From: Antechinus flavipes
Taxonomy: Eukaryota
Assembly: GCF_016432865.1 (NCBI RefSeq)
Contig: NC_067401.1
Coordinates: 205,654,001 to 205,718,000, forward strand
Reading direction: 5' to 3'
Length of the DNA stretch: 64,000 nt
Part shown: one piece after another, positions 41,509 through 52,839 of the stretch
How the letters are laid out: every line of letters begins with the position of its first letter
Numbering within the stretch: the stretch's first letter is position 1
The notes under the pieces: model-generated
Databases searched by the model: none
Seen by the model: the letters and a program-made list of their open reading frames with translations, nothing else
What the model was told of the DNA's origin: nothing
Position numbers and translations under genes: made by a program

Positions 41509-44500
41509 CTATCGGAAGGTGGAAAAAGTCCGAGCAGGAGGGGAGGGGCTGGGGGTTGTTCGGGTTCGGATCTCCAGGGTGTGGAAGGTAGAGGGTGGGG
41601 CAGGCCCTAAGGCAACCAGGTTGGGGGGTGCAAGGGGAGGCCCCTCTGGCTCCGGAGCTGCATATGCCAGGACTTGGGGCCGGTCTTCCTGCCTTCGAAC
41701 ATAGCCCTGGCCCAGGAGATGGAGGATGCAGGAGAGGACATCGGCCCCATTACACTCATCCTCACCGCCCATGCTGTTGCCCGGGTCTCTCGGGGAAGAC
41801 TGGCCCTTCTGCCAGGCCTCCAGTACCTAGGGACACACAAAGATCATTGTAGTCCAACCTTGTTCTCCGTCGGAATTCCCCCTCAGAACAAGAAAGCCCA
41901 GAGGAGTGCTCTACGTGCCCCCGGATCCACATGTGCCCCTTGGGGTGGGGGCTCTTCATTATGGAGCTGGATATACAGATGCTGCTTCCCAATAACCATC
42001 CCTAGAGAACCCCTAGGTCACCACCTTCCATGGACTTCTTTCCCCCGTACCAGACAGACAAGCTGATCAATATGCAGGCCTTTCTCGCCATGGGCTTTGA
42101 GGATTCGGACAAGGAGGCAGCTCAGGAGGTTCCTCTTCCTCTCCAGGGTTCGGCACTCGTCCTCCTCCACACTCAGGTATGTCTGGGGGGGGAGCAGCCA
42201 CAAGGCCTCCCCCCCAGGCTCCTTCTCCACCTCCCGAAGTCGCAGCACACCTGAGACACATCCACCCAAATCCACCCCCCCACATATACTTATATACTTC
42301 TCTGATTTATGGGATCTGGAGACAGGATATCTATCCTTAGGCTAAGTAGTAAGGCCTAGAATCCCCTGCTCTTTCCTTCCTTCTCCTCCCCTTCTACAAC
42401 TCCCTGTCCTATCCTGAGGAATGTTGTCCTGAATTAGGGCAGAGAAGTCTCCAGCTGCTGTTACCTACCCCCAGGTGGGAGGCCCTGGCCTTCCTGGAGG
42501 GTCAGGGGGCCAAGCCCTGAAGTGAGGGGCTCAAGTGCTTGCATCACAAGCTCTGAGGGCAGGTCTGAGGTCTGCAGCAGAGTCTCCAAGGCCACCTCCT
42601 GGAGAAAGGAATCAGAATCAGCCAGAGTTTGGGATTTTAGGGGTAACCTAGCACTGACCTGAGGGATGAATATCTCCTGCAACTCTGACAAGTATTTTAT
42701 ATCTCTGGAAAAACAGGTTAGTAGTGACAGGGGCAGAGGAGAAAAAAGAAAAGCTTGAGAAAAAGTATGGAAAACAAGAGAGACAGGAGCATTCTCCAAT
42801 TGATAAATGGTCAAAATATGAAGAATTTTGGGAAGAAGAAATCAAAGTAATATGTAGTCATAAAAAATGCTCTAAATTATTATCGATTAGAGAAATACAA
42901 GTTAACACAACTTTGAGGTATCATCTCAACCTATCAAAGTGGTTAAAATGATAGAAGGGGAAAACAACAATTGTTGGAGGGAATGTAGAAAAACTGGCAC
43001 ACTAATAAATTGTTGGTAGAGCTGTGAACTGAACCAACCATTTTGGATAGCAACCTGGAATTATGCCTAAAGAGTTTAAAATTGTGTACATTATTTGACC
43101 CAGAAATAATACTATTAGGTCTTTCCCTAGGTGATGAGGGGAAAAGGAAAGGAATCTTTAAAGCTCTCTTTGTGCTGACAAGGAACTAGAAATTAAGGGT
43201 CCAATAATTGGGGAATGGCAGAAAACAAATTGTGGCATATGATTGTTATGGGATATTGGTGTACTATAAGAAATGATAAGCAGATTGATTTTAGAAAAAC
43301 ATGGAAAGCCTTACATGAAATAGTGAGGACTGAAATGAGCAGAACCAAGAGAATATTGTATTCTGTAACAGCAATATTGTTTGAAGAGACAATATTATCT
43401 GACTAGCTGACAAGCTAAGAATGGCTAAGCTATGACTAAGCTATTCTGAATAATGTGAATATTCAAATCAATCACAAAGCATTTATGAAGGAAAATACTA
43501 TCTGATATACGGAAGTATATATATTATATGGTTCCACATATATATCTATATCAAATGGTAGCCTTTTCTAATATGGAGTTGGGAAACAGACAACTTGGAA
43601 CTCAAAATGTAAAAAAAATTATAAAATGTAAAAAAGAATATAGAAGCAAAGATGGGGATAAAGAGATAGATGGGGGTGGTACCTCCATTTGGTTAAAATG
43701 CAGAAGAAGCCACATCTGTAATGTAGAGACATGAAGAATCTGAGCTCTGAATGACAGTTCGGCCCTGCCCAACCATGACCACTGCAGTAGGCGCTGTGAC
43801 CCCAAGACTGGCCGATTCTGACCTAGTAGATAGGACAAGAAGGAATACTCTATAGCATTCCTTCCCCCTCCAGTACTGTACATAGAATTATAAATTTGAA
43901 ACTTATTTCCTTCTAGGAATTTCAGTGATCTTCTAGTTCAAGTCCATTTTAGAGAGGAGGAAACTGAGTTGGAGAAAGCCAGGTGATTTGCTCTGGGGAC
44001 ACCCAAGTAAGAAATGGCAGAGTCAGAATATGAACTCAGGTCTGTTAGCTCCAAACAGAACAATCGTCCCACGGTATCACCGGCCTATGGTTCTGTGTGT
44101 CTATCTCTCAATCAGTCAATTTATATTTGTGGATAATCTGATGTGTCTGCAATCTCATTTTGGTAGTTCCAACAGTGCAGATTGAAACCTATCCATGTCT
44201 ACTCATCCTCATTCCTGTCCTCCTGAAAATCTGCCCTATGCATGGTGATTGGAGTTCTTAATGACAGTAATAACAGCTGATCTTTTATACAGAGCTCTAA
44301 AGTTTACAAAGAACCTTTTAATCTCTTATTTACAGAAGAGTCTTAAAAATGTCTACTGGGACAGGTAGATGATGCAGTATACAGAGCACCGACCCCAGAG
44401 TCAGGAGGAGCTGAGCTCAAATCTGGCCTCAGATACATTAATAGTTACTAGCTGTGTATGAGAGAGACAGGCAGAGGGGAGAGACAAAGACAGGGAGACA

Positions 44501-47500
44501 GACAGAGAGAAGGGGGGGGGGAAGAAAGGGAAGAGGGAGACATGTTTATGTTAATAACTTGCCAATAGGTGGGATTTGAATTCATCTTCTATCTCTCAAA
44601 GATAATACTCATCTGCAATATGAAGGGTCTCTACTGACTATATGTCTTGCACTCTGCTTGTTGCTGTTGGAGGAATCATAACACTAAGGACAGGAACCTT
44701 TCCTTCACTCCCCTAATCTCACTAGTTGATGGGCAAGGGCCATTTCCCCAGAACCCCAACCACCAATCTGCACAGATGCCATTAGAATCTCCTGTTCTCT
44801 TAACTTATTAAAATCACTTTTCTCTTTACTCCCTCCTAGACAGATGCCAGCTTCCCCCTGCCCTCCAAGGGAGAGAATATGTAAGTTCCATTCAACTCTC
44901 TGTCGTCTGCATGAGCCTCAGCCCTTCTAGTATTGCAGCTTTAAGGTGAATATGACCACTCTCACCCTGGGGATGGTCAGGGAATTGCCACCCACAGTCC
45001 ACTCCCAGTAAGAAGATAAGACTACAGGGCCTCACCACAATGGCAGGGGCACAGTGGACTTCCCTTCAGCCCTGCCCCTGAACTCTCCAATATGTATTGT
45101 CTCTCTTAGTTAGAATGCAATCTCCTTGAGAGCAGGAATTATTTTTGCTTGTAGCACTTTGCACATAGCAGGCACTTACTAAATTTTCCTTATTTTCTTT
45201 TATTCCTTCACCATCTCTGTTGTCAATCCTACTAGAAAGGTGAGACTCATCAGAGTGGAAAGTAACTGAGAGCAGGAACTGTGTTTCCAGGACTAAGTTT
45301 GGAGTTCTGTGAGGGCAGAGCAGGGATCAAATGTTTTTAGACTGCTTGCGTGGTTTGAAAATTGTCCCCTCAGTGGGTAACCTTCACACTTGTCCAATTC
45401 TGATATGTCAAGGAGAAGTTTCTGGCATTAAAAATATTTAAATTAAAGCAAGCAAAGGAAAAATAATTCTTGTTGCATGACCCTGGTATTGCTCTTAGCA
45501 CTGGCCCTGGCTGTGCCTGAGTCTTGAGGACTTTGTCTCTTTCATTAGAGAGGAAGTTCTCCCTGAGGATGGATAACATGCTTCCCTGTTTCAAATGTCT
45601 TCTATTTCCAGAATCCAATATAGGAGTCTGTCCATAACAGATATTTAGGGGATGTCCCACAATGGAAAAGACCCTGGCCTGGGAGGAAGGACATTAGGAT
45701 TCTAGTCTAGCTCTTCTGTGACTACTTGTGAGATCTTGGGCCAATTATTTCTTCTTGCTTGGTCAGTTTTCTCAATTATTAAATGAGGATATTGGCCAAA
45801 ATGACCCCTGAGGTTGTATCTGGCTAGCTTGCTTAGCCTTCTATTCCACCAGAGAAAAAACAGATTGGAGGGAACGGCTTCTCAAGCACGGTGATGTGCT
45901 CCCTCTGGTGCCCAGAGATGAACCTTTTGTCCGCCTTTGATTTTGCTGTTAGGCAAAAAAAAAAAAAAAAGCTGTCCTACTTTTCCTGACCCCGTTCCTT
46001 CTTCAGCTCATTTTACAGAAGAGGAAACTGAGGCAAACAGAGAGAAGTGACTTTCCCAGAGTCAGCCAGTTAGGAAGTGCCCAAGGCCAGATCTAATTCA
46101 GGAAAGGAGTCTCTCTGATCCAGGTCTGGGCTCTATCCGCTGGGCCACCTAAATGTCCCCCTCCCTTTGATACCAAAGAATTTTTATCTTGAATATAACA
46201 TGAGATTGGCTCACATAGGTTTAAAGTGGGAAAGGTCTGCAGAAACCCTCTGGCCGTCCCTCTCGTTTTACATAAGGAAACTTGAGTCCAGAGAGAAAGG
46301 AAATGATTGATCCTAATGATGGTAGCATTGTCCCAGGTGAACTTAAGTGACTTGCTCAAAGTTGGTGGCAGGACCTGAAACCAGGTCTTCTAACACCAAA
46401 TCTAGTGCTCTCTCTGTTGAGCCAGAGGTGACCAGCTTCATCTCCATCCTCTCCCATCCCTCCATCACCCCAACCCCACCCCAAGTGTCAAGGTTCCAGG
46501 TCATGACCAGAAACTTCCCCCTTACTTTTCCTCTTAAACCAGGACTCCTCTCTGGATGGGCAACCCACCCCTCCTATTCTGTAGCCCCACATCCCAGCTG
46601 TGCCCCCACCCACTTACTCTGACTGTAGAAGTTGGAAAACCGGGTGAGGCTGGTGCTGAGAGCGGGGGGGAAGTACTTGGTGGGCTCGTGCAGGTAGCAG
46701 AGGGGGGACACAGGCCAGCAGCGGGGAGACAGGACCAGCACAGACACTTCAGGGACTGGCTCCTCAGCCACCAGCTCCTCCACTGGCTGTGGGGACAAAT
46801 GTCTCTCAGGGACCTTCCTCCTTCAAGTCGGTCCAACTTAACAAACATAAATCTTACTCTGCACAAGGCACTGGGACGGGTGCTCTGGGGAATATAAACA
46901 TAAATACCACATATCCCTCTTCTACCCAGGGAAGGGATTCCTTAGCTCCATATATTTTCTGTCTGCCCCTCCTTAAATCCCCTATCCCTCCCCTTCCCCT
47001 GGGGATGGGCTTCCAGCCTCTCTGTCACTTCATCTCCTCCGGAGGATGGGTCCTTGGCCCCAGATCTCACCTCCTTCTAGGAAAGGGTCCCTAGCCCCAG
47101 ATCTCACCTCCTTCTAGGAATGGGTCCCCAGCCCCAGATCTCACCTCCTTCTAGCAAAGGGTCCCCGGCCCCAGATCTCACCTCCTTCTAGGAATGGGTC
47201 CCCGGCCCCAGATCTCACCTCCTTCTAGCAAAGGGTCCCCGGCCCCAGATCTCACCTCCTTTTAGGAAAGGGTCCCCGGCCCCAGGTCTCACCTCCTTCT
47301 AGGAATGGGTCCCCAGCCCCAGATCTCACCTCCTTCTGGCAAAGGGTCCCCGGCCCCAGATCCCACCTCCTTCTAGGAGTGGGTGCCCGGCCCCAGATCT
47401 CACCTCCTTCTAGGAATGGGTCCCGGGCCCCAGATCTCACCTCCTTTTAGGAAAGGGTCCCCGGCCCCAGGTCTCACCTCCTTCTAGGAATGGGTCCCCG

Positions 47501-50500
47501 GCCCCAGATCTCACCTCCTTTTAGGAAAGGGTCCCCAGCCCCAGGTCTCACCTCCTTCTAGGAATGGGTCCCTGGCCCCAGATCTCACCTCCTTCTAGCA
47601 AAGGGTCCCCGGCCCCAGACCTCCCCTCTCTCATCTCACCTCCTGCCGAGGCTGGGTCTCTGGCCCTTGTCTGTCACCTCCTCTTGAGGCTGGGGCCTCA
47701 GCCCCTGCCTCTTGCTCACCTCTTCCTGGGGATAGGCCTCCAGCCCTTGCTCTTCATCCTCTTCCTGTTCCAGGAATTGCTGGTCGATCTGCTCAAGCTG
47801 GAAGAGGTGGAACTGGTGCTGCAGCTCCTCCGACGTGCTCAGGCTGCTCAGCATCTGCTGGGGTAGTCGGTTGGGGAAGCAGAGCCCAATCTGCTCCAGC
47901 ACGGCCCGCTCCAGCCAGCTCGGGCCCAGGCTCAGGAGGCGGTCTGCCAGATAGTACCTGCAGCGCACGTAGCCCAGGCCTTACTGAGGACGGACTCGGT
48001 GCCCTCCCAGCTGCTTCCTGCCTCGGCTCTGGAGGGCCCCCGGAGTCCCCCCTCAGCCACGACCGCCACCCCCGGTGCCGCCCCCGCCGGCTCTCTGAGG
48101 CCCCCTCACTCACTGGTAAAAGTGCTCAAAGGTGGTGGCGAGCTCTAGGCCAGACAGGACCATCATGGGCTCCAGGCTCCGCTGCAGCTGGCCCAGCATC
48201 TCTTCCCCCTGAGGGCCGCCCACGCGGCTCCTCTGGATCTGCTGGTCGATGTGCCGGGCGAACTGCTCGCTCACCTGGGCACGGGACAGAAGGCGGAAGC
48301 AGTGGAAAGGGGGCAGAAGGAGGGGAAGAAGGGAGGGGGCGAGGGGACTGGGAATGGGGGTGGGGGAGGCCGCCCCTCTGAAGGGGGAGCAGGGAGGACT
48401 CACATGGGCAGCGGTGAGGAAGGAAAGCTGCAGAAGAGCCCCAGAGAAGCCCTGGCGCAGGGCCAGCGTGAAGGCTGCCCGCGGCCCAAAGAGCTCCGCC
48501 CCAGCGCTCTGGAGCCGTTCGTAGATGTCGCAGTAGCTGGGCACGAGGTCCGGGGCCTGCCAGGCCGCGGTCAGAAACCTGCTCACCTGAGGGCAGGAGG
48601 CGGGAGCATGAAGGGGCGGCCGGGCTCCTCTAGGCCTTCCCCACACCCGCCAGCCCCCACCCTGCCCACCTGCTCTTGTACCACTCCCCTCCAACACTGG
48701 GTGATACCCCTCAGGCTGCCACCAGGAGGTCCCAGTCCAGCCCCCGAGTTCAGCTCCCGACTCTTACTATTCTTGCCATCTGTGGAGACAGAGACCGAAG
48801 GAAAAAAGTCCTAGAAAGCTCTCCTCAATCCAGCCCTCCAGCATTCCAGGATGAAGGGCAGAAATAGAAAGAACATCACCAAGAACTGACAACATGAACC
48901 AGGGCCATCAAAGGGATAAAACCATGGAAGAGAAAGTAAAGGGAGGGAACAGCTAGGTGGCTCAATGGATAGAGCACCAGTCCTGGAATCAGGAGAAACT
49001 GAATTCAAATCTGGCCTCAGACATTTGACACTAACTCTGCAAATCTGAGGAAGTCATTTAACCCCAAATGCTTCAAATTCAAGGGAAAAAAAATTGAGGA
49101 GGGAGGTGGGTGCCACTCTCTCCCCAAGGATGACATTTCCAGAGACTCACTAGGCCAGGTGAGTAACTTGGACTGGAGACCCGAGGGAGGCTCCACATGC
49201 ACCAGCAGGTGAGTGAGACATCGGACACGTGAGGTAAAAGCATCTGCTTGTTCCTGTTTGTTCCGGGCCTTCTCTCTGTGCTCCAGGTACTGGCTCAGCA
49301 GCCAGGCCAGGGGGCTCACCCCACTGCCATCTGAGAAGGGAAGACAGTTCAGGAAAAAATAAGAAATTATGGGCTGATTGATGGGATGGAGGCTGAGCAA
49401 TTACTGGTAGGGGCAGTTCTTGAAAGAAAGCTATCAAAGTAAAAGTATAGGATGGTTACCCCGGGCAGTCATTGGGGAAGATGTTACAGGATGGCTACCA
49501 GGGACACTTCTTGAGGAAAAGTTCTCAGAGCAGAACTTGTACAAGTTACCAGGAGCAGTTTCTGGGAGAGAGGCAAGGGGATAGTTACCAGGGGCAGTGA
49601 TGCTCTGCACCAAGGGGCTGACCAAGGCTTCCCAGCAGGTCCTTCCCAGTGCCTGGGCAGCCTCATCATCAGGGAGGAATCGATCTGCAAAACTCTGCTC
49701 ATGGCGCAAAGCCCCGTTCAGTCTGGTGACAGGGTCAGGAGCTAGAGGCACGAGCCCCTGGCCCCAAGACTATCCCTCAATACAATACCCTGAATGTTCC
49801 CGTGTCAAGAGCCCCCCACAGACATCAGGAGGGCCTCCTCCCCCAGAAATGCCCTATCCCCCTCTCTGAAAACCCCAGACTCTCACAGGTTGTGACTCTC
49901 ACCCCACCCTCTTCCCTCCTGTCTTGATCCCCGCTCCACCACACCTGCTCCAGCCTCCCCACCTTCCCTCCCGCCCCCACCATGTCCCTCTCCACACCTA
50001 GGGCAGAGCTGCAGCAGGCGCTTCCGGTCCTGAGCAATATCTTGACTCCAGGCTTGGGCTCGAACAGTGTAGAAAAGGTGAGTGCGGCGACACAGCTGCT
50101 CGCGGAACAGTGGCCAGAAAGTGGGTTTGGGGCCCAGAACCTCCACCCCTCGCACACGGGTGTCAATGCCACCCTGAAACATGTGACTGTCAGTGACTTT
50201 CTGCAGCAGCCGGACTCCCTCCCCAAATCCGTCTCCCCACCACTGGAGGCAATTGGGGCTAAGCGACTTGCCCAGGATCACACAGCTAGGAAGTGTTTAG
50301 TGCCTGAAGCTGGATTAGAACTCAAGTTGTCCTGACTCCAGCCTGTCACTTTGTTTACTGTGCCATTTAGCTGCCCTATGCTAGAGCTAGCTATTATTTT
50401 ATCCAACCCTCTTTTTTTTTCAGAATAGGAAACTGGGTCCTAAAAAATGAAATTATTTATACAAAGTCTCTCAGGTAGTAAGTGATAAAATCAAGATTAG

Positions 50501-51725
50501 ACTCCAAACTTCGTAATAGCAATAGCAGCAGCAGCGGCAGTTAACTTTGTTACTATGTTGTCATGTGTCAGGCAGTGTGCTAAGTGCTTTACAATTATTA
50601 TCCTACTTGAACTTCCTAACAACGCTATTATTTTACTGAGGCAAACATCAGTTAAATAACTTTCCCAGGGTCACACAGCTAATAAGTGTCTGAGGCTGGA
50701 TTTGAACGCAAGTCTTTTTGATTCCAGCTCTTCATATTATGTCATCTAGATGCTCCAACTCTTATCAGCTGATTCCAAATATCACAATCTTCTCAATACA
50801 TCTCCCATATTTCTAGGAGTATACTATTCATTGGACTTCTTCTCAACCAATTAAATTAAACAAACTAGTATTAAATGCCTATTATATACAAGAAAGTGAC
50901 TAAATCCCCACCCTCAAGAAGCTTACATTGAGTCAGCTCCATTCAAATTGTGTAGGTACCTGATCCCCTTGCCTAAGATATATTCTTGTTCTCCCTTCCT
51001 CTCTCCTTCCCTCTCTCTTTCTCTGTGTCTCTGTCTCTCTTTTCCCCCTCCCCTTCCAAAAGCTCAGTGTCATTGAATGGCTTTAGCCCTCTCTCTCTAC
51101 TCCCTCTTCCCTCTCTTGATGCCAGCCCCTTTTACCTGCTGGCAGCGCTTGATATGGATCTGTAGGATGGGCCAGAAGCGGGTCATGTTCTCCAGAAGAA
51201 GCACCCGCGTGTCAGAAGGCATGATGTTTACCTGCATTGGGTCGAGAAGAGTTTGTAATCCTCCTGACAGAGAAGCAAAAGTTCTACATCCTGTTCCTGA
51301 CACTTTCTTCACCTTCACTGCCACCCCCTCCCCAGATTCTACAGATCTTCTGGAACTTAAAACTCTGGTTCTGTCCCGTTCAGGGAAGAGTCAAACTTTC
51401 TCTCCTTGAGGAATAGGACACATGAGCTCACTGGGGGACTGGGTTCTCCCCACAGTGGGGAGGGGAAGTGATGCTCACAGTGCTGAGCTTTGTGCTGACA
51501 GAGCGGGCATGGTCTCCGCCCAGCACCACCACCCGGGCTGGCATGTAGCTTGAGTCTTCCTTAGACACCAGGAGAATCAGCTGCCTGGAAATAAGAGAGG
51601 GAAGAAACTCATCAGTGACTAGATCCATGGGAGAGCTCAGAAAACCCCTTTACCTTGGCTTCAAGAAGTTATTATTTTCCCTCAAGCCAAGCCACAGAAA
51701 TTTTGATCATATTTCTAGACTATGG

Positions 51726-51761
<36 letters not shown>

Positions 51762-52808
51762 TGAGAGAGGAGGAGAGACAGAGAGAGAGACAGACGGAGA
51801 TAAACTAAGGTACAGAAGTGTAATATGTTTGTCCATAGCACAGAAAAGATGTTTTCAAGGCTTTCTTTAACCCATGGAGTCCCCACCTGACAACAGCCCC
51901 TCGGTGCATGTGTAATGTGATGTAGTGAGACCCTGTAGTGCCGCTGGACTCCCAGTAAGTCTTGGGGTTTTGGTCAGTCAGCTTGCTGGCCCCGAGAGAA
52001 TTGGACGACACCTCCATCTTCTCCCAACACTTGTCCTTCACATCCACATCAGAGCCTGGGGCCAAATAGGAAGGAAAGAACAAATTTGTCTGGTTGAGAA
52101 AAGGACACGGGACAGAGAATTATAAGGAGAATCATAATGTCTGCTGCTAGAGCAATGGAGGAGTGGCAACGCTATTGGGCTGGGTATTGGGGCTGGGGGA
52201 GACAGCCACTGACCCTAGCCAGAGGGAGGTGGAGGACACTGACCCTGGCAGAGATGCCTGAGGAAGACGTCAAAGAAAGGGATGTTAATGGGCCGGTGGG
52301 TTCTTCGGTGCTCTTCAATCTGGCCAAGAACCATCTGTAGTAAGACCACAGGGATGGAGGCAACATAGAGGGGGACAGAGGGACAGGAAGGAGCACAGTA
52401 ACAAAAATAAATTTGTATGTGGAAAAGGTCGAGGTATAAAGCAATTCTGTTCACTCTTCCCATCTAAACCCTAAAGAATAACTGTCATAGGAAACTGACA
52501 GCAGACAGATGGACTCGGGATAAATTGAGACTTTTTTTTGGATATGGCCTATGCAGTAATTTGTTTGCTTGACTAAACTATGTTAGTTAATAGGATTCTG
52601 TTTCTCTTTTTTAATTAACAGTGAGGTGTGGAGATGGGGAGAAATGTTGGATTGTTATTCATTGAAAAAAATTAAATTTACTTTAAAAATCAAGGTGTTA
52701 ACAACATAGAATTGTAGTTTCTCATATAAAGCCTCTTTTTCTATTGTATGTATATGTAAATGCCTGTCTTATTTGGTGTTTAAATTCAATATAAATTATA
52801 TACATATA

Positions 52809-52839
<31 letters not shown>

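Noticed and set aside
47057-47640. CRISPR-like array (37-bp repeats)
   Set aside because: The units are head-to-tail with no unique spacers, the DNA is eukaryotic intron, and there are no cas genes. It is a minisatellite.
48249-48814. 187-aa and 91-aa plus-strand ORFs
   Set aside because: Antisense shadows of GC-rich CUL7 exons.
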